Assembly (NCBI GenBank): GCA_964016885.1
Contig: OZ024751.1
Coordinates: 186,001-250,000, forward strand
Source of the DNA: Eledone cirrhosa
Lineage: Eukaryota
Reading direction: 5' to 3'
Length of the DNA: 64,000 bases
Shown here: positions 1 to 12,140 of the stretch, piece after piece
Layout: the number at the start of each line of letters is the position of its first letter
Numbering within the stretch: the stretch's first letter is position 1
Notes under the pieces: model-generated
The model's database searches: none
Seen by the model: the letters and a program-made list of their open reading frames with translations, nothing else
What the model was told of the DNA's origin: nothing
Made by a program: the position numbers and the translations under genes

Positions 1-559
1 GAACAGGTCTAAAACTTTTAACGTGCCATTCCTCATAAAACTACCTGATGTTAGTGAAAAAATTATAATATCTACTATTTTTTTCTGAATTTCCTCGCCC
101 TCCAGGGACCCAAATATTATGTCTTCAAAAATATAGCAATACAGAGGCAGTTTTATATAAGGGTCTTGAACATAGGTAGTTTTTTTAACACTATAAGGGA
201 CAGGGAAGCAATTGACCATGAAAGATGTGAGCACACTGTATTTAAATATATCATTTCTGGTCAGAGTTGGCCATATGTCATACCTTGCTCCGGTGAGGAC
301 TGTAAATTTGGCAAGGTATTTTACAGCCGGATGCCCTTCCTAGCACCAACCATATTTACAGTGTGGAACTGGATGGCTCCGTTATGAGGAGGGACAGGTC
401 AGTTGGGCCTGCCGAACCCATCTCACAATGGTACCATATTTTTGAAGCCCGACCCATCACACAGTGGGAGCCATAGTTTTGGAGCTTGGGACTGGATGAC
501 ACTGATACGAGGAGCCTAACTCATCTCACAGCATAGCCACAGTTTTGGGGCCAGGTACT

Positions 560-937
560 GGGTGGCGGCCATTCTGGTATGCGATATATATATATATTAA
601 GGGCAAAATGAAAACACACACACACACGTGCACGCGCACACGCACAGAACAAACAACCAACCAGTAACATGTAAATAAACAAATATAAACACACACTTGG
701 ATGTAACACATGTGCAAACTAAGCACACAACACACACAAAAACAAGATGGCGTAGGACAGAACAAAGGAGAGGCACAAAAACAAAGAAAAGAATCCCAGT
801 CACTGAAGAAGTCACAGAATGTGTGACAAAAGAACTTTGACAATATATGAACAATTGTCTGGTTGTGGAACCAACCAACCAACTGGAAATTTATAAATTT
901 AATTTATAATAAATTGAAGTGAAAGCAACTGGTGCGT
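560..937 (+). promoter_or_regulatory. Possible promoter / first non-coding exon of the kinase gene
   Basis: Largely non-repetitive segment with YY1-like motifs (GCGGCCATT ~565, CAAGATGGCG 743-752) and a candidate donor CTG|GTGCGT at 931/932. Inference only. Confidence 0.3.
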
Positions 938-1889
938 GTGTTTCTTATTGGCAACATGACCCTCCCAAAGCATAACAATATCGGTTTCAACACACGTTTT
1001 CAGATAAAGAATCTTGCTAAACAAATTCAGAAACGATATCTATATATATATATATATATATATGAGAAAAACCACAGATCCTCCATCTCAACTCTACTTT
1101 CGAAAAGCAGAAGAACTGCGAAACCGGTAAAGGAACCAAATAAATATATATTTTTTTTTTTAAATAAGACTCCAGTTGCATTTTCGATTTCATCTTTTTT
1201 TCTTTATACGTTCACTCGTGTAGGACACCTCGGTTATTTTTCATTTTGTAAAAAAAACCCACTTTCTAATATATATATAAACTTCTATCATAATTTTATG
1301 TTAAGAATCTTTTTATGTGTTAGAGGAATTTCGCGAGGCAGAACATGATTGCTTTTGGGCCCTACCATTGGGAATGAGAGCCTCTTACCAAATTCAACAG
1401 GACTGAGAGGTTAAGGAAGGTTCTTTAGCTCTCCAGACCCCAGATTGATGTACCAGCTGAACTTTCCCACCACCCTGCCCTACCTACGCTTGTATATGCT
1501 CTGACTTCAAGGATAAAAAATACCTTCAACTGCAAACAACTGCTGCTGTGGTATGGGAAACTGCAGTCTACAGTAGCACACACATGTAGTATGGCATGCC
1601 AACAGAGAGAAAATAAACCATCCATTTCCAATATAAAGCTTTACTCACAACACAACAACCTTTTGCTCACCACCACCATAGCACATTTGTGGAGCAGGGT
1701 TTTACTTACTGTTCCTTCGACACCCTAACTACAATAGTTTCTTCTGTTCCTGTGAAATTATTTACACCAGTATAACACACCTTAACATATTTTAGACATC
1801 ACCCAACCTGAAACTGCCTTTTTTTCTACGATACAATATTGTCACTTATAAAAGTATTCATATCTTTATATTAAAACCTGTCTCATCTA

Positions 1890-2210
1890 TCTCTCTACTG
1901 TAACCTCAACACTGTCTCAACACCACCTTTACTCTAACCTCAACACTGCCTCTACTGTAACCTCAACACTGTCTTAACACCACCTCTACTGTAACCTCAA
2001 CACTGCTTCAACTCCACCTCTACTGTAACCTCAACACTGTCTCAACCCCACCTCTACTGTAACCTCAACACTGTCTCAACCCCACCTCTACTGTAACCTT
2101 AACACTGTCTCAACACCACCTCTACTGTAACCTCAACACTGTCTCAACACCACCTCTACTGTAACCTACACTCTCAACACCACCTCTACTGTAACCTACA
2201 CTGTCTCACC
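1890..2210. repeat. ~34-bp minisatellite (CTCTACTGTAACCTCAACACTGTCTCAACACCAC)
   Basis: About 9 tandem units visible. Confidence 0.9.
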
Positions 2211-5200
2211 TATAGCTCTCCTGTTACCCCTAAACTGCCTCTTATAGCCCCACCCAAGGCTCCAGTATTCACCACCAAGATTTGAACTCAGAATGCTTTT
2301 AGCCTCATAACGAAAAACACAAGTCAGTATTTTGTCCACTTGTTCATATTCTCCTTGTCCTTTTTATATAGTAGTATGGGTTGGATGAGGCAGTGAGCCA
2401 GATGCCCTTCCTGCTGCCAATTCACAGTACTATAGCTGGTTTGTGCTAGGTTGATATCAAAAGGGTTAATAGGAATCCTTTAAAATGGGTGGTTTTATTT
2501 CACAGTACCAGAGCTGGGAAGGAATAACATAAGTAACAAGGTTTCAAATTTATGTGAAAGAGGAGGAAAATGAGTGTATGAAACTCAGGCCTGTCTTAGA
2601 CTGTTCACAGTTCATTGTTTGAGAAGAATCAATGAAATGAAACACCGGCCAAGTACTGGAGTCGATTTAATTGATGTTACCCATGCACCAAATGTGTGAA
2701 CTCATGTTGCCAATATTTCCAATCAATATCTCCAGACTGTTTAGCTTATTTAATCACCACAGTTGGTTGTATATGGGTTAACTGAGAAGAGATTACAATT
2801 TCTCAGTACAAACCTTCATTGATCAACAATGGAAAACATTCACAAATGACATTGATATTTTAAATAAAATATATTTACATCAACACCATTTGCTGATTGG
2901 CATAATTGACAGAGCGTCGGGCAAAATGCTTTGCACCATTTAGTTACAGCCCTTTACTTTCGGTGTTCAAATCCCGCCGAGGTCAACATTGCCTTTCAAC
3001 CTCCTTGGGTCGATTTAACCAGTTAGCATTTAAACTGACCATATCTGGCCGGAAATCTCTCACCTCTTTCTGTCTAAACCAGCCATAACTGGCCACTCAT
3101 ACCAACATTAAGATATTGTTCTCAAAATAAATATCAAAATCTCATAGATTTGATATTATGAGATAAAGTCTTTACAGTGAAAATACAATAGTAAATATAG
3201 AGTAACATAAATGCTAAAGGGTTAATTGACATCCCTCTCCCCTCAAAATCGCTGGCTTGGTACTTTATTCTCTAAGTTCAAATCCTACCATGATGATCTT
3301 TGCCATCTGGGGTTGATAAAATAAAGTACCAGTAAATACTTGTCAATATAATCAACTTTTGCCTCCCCTAAATTATTATTAAAACCAATTGTTGCATATT
3401 GTTCTGACCAGTGTTATATTAACTTAGTAAGAATTATTGGGGCCAGCTTTACCTTTCATTCTTACAAGGGTCAATAAAACAGCAACTAAGTTCTGTAATC
3501 AAGGAATTTCATTGATTATTTCATCCCCTAAATGTGAGGTGCTCATGTCAGACATTTTTAGGGTGGTATATTGGCATATTAACCCTTTCATGATAATATT
3601 TCTAATGACATATACTCTGTTTTAATCCATTAATGAAGAATTTTGAGGGATTTACTAAAATTATTAATTATTTCATTTCTATAATAGTAAGTAATGTAAG
3701 GTTCTTATATAAAATTATATTGGAAGATTTTAAATTAGAAATCTTTAAAAGGGTGGTTTGGGGCCAGGTTGGTAACTAAAATGTTAAATTTGGACTGTTG
3801 TGCTCATGTCAAACATTATTAGGGTGGCAGGTTGGCATATTAACCCTTTCATGATCATATTTCTAAGGAAATATACTCTATTTTAATTAATTAATGGAGA
3901 TTTTAGGTTTTTCTCAAATTATTAATTATTTCATTACTCAGGTAGTAACTTAACATATGGTTCTTATATAAAATTATGTTGGAAGATTTTAATTTATATA
4001 GGGACCCTTTGAAATGGGTGGTTTTGTTTCAAAGAACCAATGCTGGTTTTGGTCTGGTTGACATAGTAAATTAACATATGATTTATGTATAAAATTATGT
4101 TGGAAGATTTTTATTTAAATAGGGACCTTTTAAAATGGATAGTTTTGTTTCAAGTGAACTTTTTAACCATTTGGTCACACCACATCCACTTTTCATGGCA
4201 AGATAAAAATTGCATGTTTATTGAAAAGGGTGTTACTTACATTTTAAACTACTACGATTTGTCTTGGGTGGGTGGGGGTTGCATTTAAAACTAAGAATCT
4301 ATACTAGTGATTCCCAGACTTATTTTGTCACAGATCTCTTATATGAAACCATACCTGTATTTTACAGGTAATCCACACCAACCTAATTTTAATAAAACAT
4401 TAAATGAAACTAGAATTTGTTTCAGAGAGAGGATTGATTTATTTATTTATATATATATAAACTACGTAGTATATCTTTATTGAATTTATTTTTAAAAAAA
4501 ACAACAGATGGTAGCTTAATGTTTAGGGTGTTGCAATTCATGATCATAAGATCATTGGTTTAATTCCTCGGCTGGATAACGTGTTGTGTCCTTGAGCAAG
4601 GAGCTTCATTTCACTTTGCTTTTTTTTCATTGTATGACTAGAGCCTCTATCATTAACCCTTTAGCATTTAAACCAGCCATATCCAGCCAGAATTCTCTCA
4701 CCTCTTTCTTTTCAAACCGGCCATAACCAGCCACTAATACTGATGTTAAGGTATTGTTCTCAAAATGAATTACAAAATCTCATAGATAAAATATTATGTG
4801 AGATAAAGCCTTTACTGTGAAAATAAAATAGTAAATATAGAGTAATGTAAATGATGAGATGCAACCTTGTAGGAGGCTAGCTAACCCTGCATAGGTGTGA
4901 GCTGTAGTAACAAAGAACAGACAGACACCTTACATTGCAGGAGGACATCCCCCACTTCTGCCCAAAATGTTTTCATTGAGCCCACTTTGGGAAACCCTGC
5001 TCTACAGCATTGAGCCAAGTTTAATTATATAATTTATTTCTCCTGTATTGTGGTCAGTGTTAGGAAGGGCATCCAACTGTAGAAAGCAAGCCAGAAACTG
5101 TTCTGTATGAGCTAGACATGATCACCTAACCCATGGTTTCCTAAACTCTTTCAAACACAGAAGCTTTTTTGGTTCAGAAGTGTTTTAGGAGGAACCCCAA

Positions 5201-5954
5201 AATCTAATACTGTTATATGGTCATAATATAAATATACTCCACTACCTTTTTTTTTGCGGAACCCATTTTGAGAACCACTGACTTGTCTCATAACATGACA
5301 ACCCATCTAACCCATGCAAGCATGAAAAATAGATATTAAATGATGATGATGATTCTAAGAACATCCTAGAGATTTCTTTCTGGAAGCTCTTAATCTTTTG
5401 TTTTGGGAGATTTTTTTTAATAATTCTTTTGTTTTGTTTGTGTTTTCTCCATAAGAATCAGATGTTGTGAAGATGAAGAGAAAGTAAGAGGCAGTCTGTT
5501 GAGTTAAGAGGAATCTTTTAAATGTCTGCTGTTTTTATCTTGTTTGATATATTGGCTGTATTTTTAGATATTGTTGAGAGAAAGGAAAGAGACAGCCTGA
5601 CATTAATGTCAATTATGTTGACATTAATGTCAGACAATACTACAAACCTCCTGAAATAAACAGAATTGACACTTTAAACAAAATATAGTCTGTAAAGCGT
5701 TAATGCCAGCAAAAGTTTGTCTGTCAATGAAATTAAAGAAGCCATTTAAAGTTTAGGTTTAATACTGCAGAACAATAGCATTCTTAGTATCATAGGTGAA
5801 GTGTTAAACTGCACTAGTCTACCTACTTGTTGGTTGTGAGTTCAATCTCTAGGTTAGTTTGTGTGTGTGTGTAAAAGATAAACAGAAATAACAAAAATAA
5901 TGGCACAGTCATGGAAGGAATATATTAGTTTAATGCTTGAAATAGCAGGAAGAG

Positions 5955-5990
5955 TCTTAACGTTTCGGACGCTAGTCCTTCATCAGAAGA
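5955..5990 (-). ncRNA. Minimal type I hammerhead ribozyme (Penelope-like)
   Basis: Minus strand reads UCUU-CUGAUGA-A-GGAC(UAGC)GUCC-GAAACGUU-AAGA. Palindromic AACGUU stands in for helix III; 4-bp stem I. Confidence 0.72.
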
Positions 5991-6344
5991 AAGAATGAGA
6001 AATTAGAGAAGAAATCAAAAGATCGAGGAGTCAGGCAGTGGCAGAAATGAATTTTTTTTTTTTTCTTCTTTTTGAGAAAAATAACAGGTCCATGCATGTG
6101 GCCATTTCTTGGAAAACTGTTGACGCTGGCGTTTTTTGTATGATATACCTTTTTTGAAAAGTTGATGATGGAGCACGTCTATCTGAAAGAGAATATATAA
6201 ATTATATATATATATAATTAGTTACAACAGTGACATATGCAGTTACTTAAGTTTCATTAGGTTATCCCAGTTCATTCAACCTGTCATAATTATCTTATCA
6301 TGACCGGTTGAATGAATTGGGGTAAACAACCCAATGAAACTTAA

Positions 6345-6552
6345 CCCTTTAGCATTTAAACCGGTGGTATCCGGCCAGAATTTGCTCGCCTCTTTCTGTT
6401 CAAACTGGCTATAACTGGCCATTCATTATGATGTTATGGTATTTTTCTCAAAATAAATAACATCAAAATCTCGTAGATTTGGAATTATGTGAGGTAAAGC
6501 CTTTACCACAAAAATACAATAGTATATATAGAGTAATCCAAACATTAAAGGG
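6345..6552 (+). mobile_element. piggyBac-type MITE (TTAA TSD)
   Basis: TTAA|CCCTTTAGCATTT...TAAAGGG|TTAA. Related copies at ~3020-3224, 4657-4855, 9150-9486, 48349-48535, 54763-54934 and 60735-60907. Confidence 0.75.
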
Positions 6553-6687
6553 TTAAGTACCTGTATATGTCACTGTTATAACTAATTATACTAAAATTGT
6601 CCAACAGACTGAGTGCTCTAAACCCTTGGATATTTATATCAAGTTTGTACGCAGGGAAAAGCGGATGTAAAATGATGATGATGACAT

Positions 6688-7468
6688 GCTTGTATACGAA
6701 CAGCAATGTTACATGGCAGTGAGACATGGGCATTGTGTGCAGAGGAGCGGCACAGATTGGAAAGGATTGAAGCATGTATGCTCCGTTGGATGTGTAATAG
6801 TAATATACACAAACTAAGTGAGAAATTAAGAATAAGAGGGATCAGATGCAGTTTACTTGAGAGGAGATTACGTTGGTATGGTCATGTGATGCTCATGAAA
6901 GATGACAGCTGTATAAAAAAGTGCAGGGCGATCAAAATTGATGGAAGCTACAGAGTAAGTAGACTCTGAAAAACCTGGGACAATATGATAAAATCTGACC
7001 TTGCACACTTACACCTCTCTAAGACAATGTCACTGGATCGAGGCCTTTGGCGCTACACAGTAATACAGAGGACCCGCCTTCCCTTACATACAAAGTTAAA
7101 GCTACAGTCAGTAGGCCCCTCCTAACCAAATATACACCCCTACTCCATCCTCCCACTCCCACCCACACCACCCTTTTTCTGAAAAGTTATGTTGGTACCA
7201 CAGAATATCCAGTCTACACTAAAGAGGTTGTGGAGGTGTCACAACAAAAAGCACCCAGTGCTCGCTGTAAAGTGGTCGTGTAAGAGACACGATAAAAAGG
7301 CTCCCAGTCCATACTGTAAATGTGGTTGGTGTTAGGAAGGGCATCCAGCCATAGAAAACCTGCCAGATACAGTCCTATATGAGTGAGATACAGGCACCCG
7401 ATCAAGTGGGACAATTCCCATCTAACCCATGCTAGCGTGGAAGATAGACATTAAACGATGATGATGAT
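6688..7468 (+). mobile_element. 5'-truncated RTE family A fragment
   Basis: MLHGSETWALC..LRWYGH ORF piece plus 3' UTR and (GAT)n. Confidence 0.85.
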
Positions 7469-7533
7469 ATATATGTATATATATATATGGGAAAAGTAAA
7501 CAAGATAAAAAAAATATCTTTTCCTACTTTAAT

Positions 7534-7607
7534 GTCCTGACTGCAGTTTCACTGAGTAATAACAATAGTATGAGTATTGTTAGAAACCCAGCTCCTCCTC
7601 AGGGAAC
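7534..7607 (-). ncRNA. Hammerhead-like motif with extended stem II
   Basis: Minus strand reads GUUCC-CUGAGGA-GGAGCUGGGU..UAACAAUA(loop)UAUUGUUA..ACUCAGU-GAA-ACUGCAGU-C-AGGAC. Palindromic helix III, GUC triplet, C.A mismatch at the base of stem I. Confidence 0.55.
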
Positions 7608-9764
7608 TTCTCAGAGAGAGAGATTTAAAAGAGTGTTGCAGTATATGTACAAATTTTATTTGCATATTACAATTGTTGCAATATCAATCAGCTCAGGTTA
7701 CAATCAAGGTGACAGGGTTCCGACTATTTTTTAACATCTCATCAGATATGCGAACTTATATGTGCAAAAACAGCATTGAGTCCTTCGAACAGCGTGCTGC
7801 CTGTAACTGTTATTAAACACCTAACATCTTCATCGTTTTAAATTCCACTTCTCCTGCTAGCAAGGGTTAGACAGGTCTACATAGACCAAGTCAGTACTGA
7901 AGTGGAGCCACTGATCTCCCAGGGATCAGTGTCTCACTTTATGTGCAGTCGACACTCCACCGAGTGCACAGGAGAGGTTGTCTTTGACACAACTGAGAGT
8001 CCTATTCCTCAGACATAAAATAAGGTTAAATTAGAATTTCTTCTATTCCACTCCTTTATTCCACTCCTTTACGGCCAAATATTAATATTACTGGTATTCC
8101 ATCTTCTGAATTAACTGAAACAGGTTAGAAAATAGGCAGGGTAAGAATTGGGAAGTGTCAAAACAAAACAAGTTATTGCACTTAAACAACTGCACAGGTG
8201 ACATTGTGTGAGGTGACATCTTGTGTTGCCTTTGTGGTCTTTAGAAACCTGTATTACTAGTTACTCTGTGTGTGTGTCTGTCTCTGTGTGTGTGTAATTT
8301 CTGTTGGGGAGGGTGTACTCTCTCTGTCTCTCTCTCTCTCTCTCATTTACATATGTCTGTGTGAGTGATGCATGTATGTATGCGTGTGTATATATATATA
8401 TATATGCATGAATGTGTGTTTGTATATATGCATGCAAGTGTATGTATATATATAATCATGCAAATTCATACATGTATGTGTGTGTGAATATACACACTAT
8501 GGCAGTGTTGAAAAACTGCACTGAGGTGCTGTGGAAGGGGTGGTAGTGTATATAAAGGTGGGGGTGTAGAATAGATTAGAGAAGTGTCAGTAGTGTCTCT
8601 GTGTCCACCTATAAAGTCAATATTACCAGAAAAGGTGGTGATTCTATAGCACTGCATACACAACACTTGAGGTGTAGATGTTAGCGGTGAGGATAGAGTG
8701 GTGGTGGTGGTGCATTGTTTGTTTAGTGTGTGTGTACATGCAATGGAGGGAGTGGAAAATACTTGGATAGCTTGTAGATGGATACACAGATAGTTAGATA
8801 GGTACAGACACATATAAACAGATAATTAGATGATAAGTAGATAAAGACAGAAATATATAGATAAAAAGATGATTGATAGAAAAGGTATGGATGAGAGATA
8901 GACAGACATATAGATAGATAAGTGAGATGCCACCAACATCTATATCTACCTATCTAATAGTGAATGGGGGGGGGGGGGGGTTTATCAGCTGAAACTTTTC
9001 AAGCAGTTTGTAGGCAAAATGGTTGGGGTGGGGAGGCATTCTCTACAATCTAAGAAATATACAAGGAAGATAACTGTAATAAAATTAGTCAACCAAAATT
9101 TGAGGGGACACTAGAAAATGCAAATTAGAATGGATCTTACTATTATAGTTTCATGGTAAGGCTTTACCTCACATAATTATCTCATATAATATTGAATCTA
9201 TGAGATTTTGAGAACAATACCTTAACATCAGTATGAGTGGCCAGTTACAGCCAGTTTCAACAGAATGGGGTAGAGAATTCTGGGCGGTTTGAACATTAAA
9301 GGGTTAAACCAGCTGTATCCGGCCAGAATTCTCTCACCTCTTTCTGTTCAAACTGGCTGTAACTGGCCGTTCATACTGATTTTAAGGTATTATTCTCAAA
9401 ATAACTATCAGAATCTCATAGATTTGATATTAAAGGCCTTACCGTGAAAATATAATAGTAAATACAGAGTAATGTAAAAGGGTTAAAGTAAATGTAAACA
9501 TCTTCAATGTAGTCAGGATAACGTTATCTTGACTATATTGTGTGACTATATTTTTGAATTTGGAGATATTCAGACATGCGGTTAGTAAATATCTTTTTTG
9601 TATTATTTAATGATTCTGAGGAATTCTGTACAGAGGAATAAAATGGTACTTCCTTCTGTATTTGCAATTTAACCCTGCTTATTTGTTAATTCATCCCACT
9701 CTCAAGAGCGTGAACCTAATAAACTTTTGTTTGTACTGCCTCTGTTTTTGTTCTCGTCCCAGTT

Positions 9765-9909
<145 letters not shown>

Positions 9910-10656
9910 GCGAAGCAAAAATTAGTAAATGTTGTTAGAGGTGAAATAACACAAAATAGGAAGGGTATCTAGTTGTAGAAAATTAAATTTTGTATTTAAA
10001 CGAAACCATCTAGCGCCAACCACATTTACAGTGTGGGCTGGGTACTTTTTGTGGAGACACCTACACGATTACTTTACAGTGTAGGCTGGATGTTTTGTTG
10101 TACCAGCAATTGCACCTCTCAAAGGCGATGACACACGACCGTGACCTCTGGCGTCACACAGTAATACAGAAGATCCGACTTCCCACGGGTACAAGCCGAA
10201 GCTGAAGCATATAGACAATATGCCCCATCCCCTCCCACTGCAAAATGGTCGTGGAGATGCCACACCAAAAAAGCACCCAGCCCACACTGTAAAGTGATCA
10301 TGTAGGCGCCACGGGAAAAAAGCATCTAACACTCACTGTAAATGAGGTTGGTGTTAGGAAGAACATCCAGCTGTAGAAATCAAACCAGAATCAGTTCCCG
10401 TATCAGCAAGACAAGGTCAGCCAACCAGGCAATACCCACAACAGGACAACCCGTCTAACCCATGCTAGCATAGAAGAATGGACGTAAAACAGTGATGATA
10501 TATATATATAGGGAATGTAACGTCCAGTTACTGTATGTTCACCAGAGTGACCACTCAATACGTAGTTTCCAGTTGGTATAGCAGTGTAATTATAATAATA
10601 ATAAAAAGAGCGATTTGTTGTGTCTTCAATAAACGTAAGGAAGACATAACAAATCG

Positions 10657-10699
<43 letters not shown>

Positions 10700-11305
10700 C
10701 ATCATCATCATCATTTTAAGTCCGTTTTTCCCTGCATGTAAGGGTGGGACGGGTCCTATTCAGCACAGCATCTTGTCACGGTCCTTCGCCATCTCTACCG
10801 TGAGTTTCAGCGATCTGAGGTCTGCTCTCAGCACCTCTGCCCATGTTTTTCATGGTCTTCCTCTAATACATCTTCCTTCAACTGGCATTTCCTGGCACTT
10901 CTTCACCCATCAGTCATCCTCCATGCGCATCACATGTCCATACCATCGCAGTCTCCTCTCTCGCACACTACATTCTATCCCTCTCAGACACAGTTTCTTT
11001 CACAACTTGTCTATGCTTGGTCATTCACGCACATTGACATTGCACATCCAACGGAGCATGTTTGCCTCATTTCTCTCCAGCCGTCGCATATCCTCTGCAG
11101 TTGCTGCCCATGTCTCACTACCATGCAGCATCGTGCACCTCACACAGGCATCATATAACCGGCCTTTCGTACGCAGGGAGAAACTCTTCTTTGTCAGCAG
11201 AGGAATCAGCTCCCTAAACTTCTTCCAACCCGTCCTTATTCTAGATACTAATGCCTCTGAACACACCCCTCCCATGCTAATCTGATCACCTAGGTACCGG
11301 AAGTT
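10700..11305 (-). mobile_element. 5'-truncated RTE family B fragment
   Basis: FRYLGDQISMGG..RTGWKKFRE on the minus strand; (CAT)n tail. Confidence 0.85.
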
Positions 11306-11392
11306 ATATACATATAGGCAAAAAATATCATTATTATATATATTTGGAGGCACATGGCTTAGTGGTTAGAAATATCATTATTATATATATAT

Positions 11393-11713
11393 GGAGGCAC
11401 ATGGCTTAGTGGTTAGAGCATTGGCCTTGCAATCGAAAGGTTGTGAGTTCAATTCTCAGACCGGGTGATGTGTTGTTTCCTTGAGCAAGACACTTTATTT
11501 CACATTGCTCCAGTTTACTCAGCTGTAGAAATGAGATGATAGGGACTGGGGTCCCTATCATTCCACGGCAAAAAAGCACCCAGCACTCACTGTAAATGAG
11601 GTTGGTGTTAGGAAGGGCATCCAGCTGTAGAAATCAAGCCAGAATCAGTTCCCGTCCCACCCTTGCAAGCAGGGAAAAGCGGACGTAAAATGAAATGATG
11701 ATGATGATGATGA
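11393..11713 (+). mobile_element. tRNA-derived CORE-like SINE with RTE-derived 3' tail
   Basis: Box A TGGCTTAGTGG, box B GTTCAATTC, CORE-like TCCTTGAGCAAGACACTT, RTE 3' end plus (GAT)n. Copies at ~41085-41462, 42229-42535, 45000-45310 (-) and 63336-63648. Confidence 0.8.
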
Positions 11714-11762
11714 TTTATATTATTTTTTTCTTTTATTTCCAGCTGCTTGAAAGTGTAAATTT

Positions 11763-11816
11763 ATGATGTCTGCTAGCTTCTTCTTCTCCTTACCATTGCA
11801 TTGGTTACCAAGATGA
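11763..11816 (+). other. 17-codon uORF whose stop overlaps the kinase start codons
   Basis: ATG ATG TCT...CCA AGA TGA (MMSASFFFSLPLHWLPR*). TGA at 11814-11816 overlaps ATG 11813-11815 and ATG 11816-11818. Confidence 0.6.
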
Positions 11817-11936
11817 TGAAAAAAATCAAAAGAAGACTTTCTTTAACCATCAGAGGAAGGCATCCTATTGATGAAAGTTTATCGGAACTTGCAGAGACTC
11901 TTTCCTATGAAGATAACGGAAGCATAAAAGAAAATG
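11813..11936 (+). CDS. CDK17: PCTAIRE kinase (CDK17-like) coding exon 1 (exon starts at 11743 with 5' UTR)
   Basis: Translates MMKKIKRRLSLTIRGRHPIDESLSELAETLSYEDNGSIKEN(G), matching the CDK17 N-terminus MKKFKRRLSLTLRG..IDESLSELAE. Acceptor tttccAG at 11741-11742, donor GTGAAT at 11937, phase 1. Confidence 0.93.
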
Positions 11937-12140
11937 GTGAATATATACTTTAAATAATTCATTTTCTATCTAACATTTCTCACAGAGTGTCTAGATTGGC
12001 TAGAGTCTCTGGGAGAGGGACTCTATCACTAGTTTGGTGAGTGGGTCTATCTTTAGGTTGGCTAGGGTCTCTGGTGAGGGGGGGGGGGGTCTGTCACTAG
12101 GTTGGCTAGGGTCTCTGATGGGGGGGGTGTCACTAGGTTT

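Noticed and set aside
5455-5490. Possible small 5' UTR exon (..AAA|GTAAGA)
   Set aside because: Weak acceptor and no independent support from the sequence alone.
7705-7750. Minus-strand CUGAUGA-stem-GGAA-CCCU-GUC
   Set aside because: GAAA is changed to GGAA and stem I does not pair; at most a dead relic.
11393-11465. tRNA gene
   Set aside because: A/B boxes belong to a multi-copy SINE head; no intact cloverleaf.
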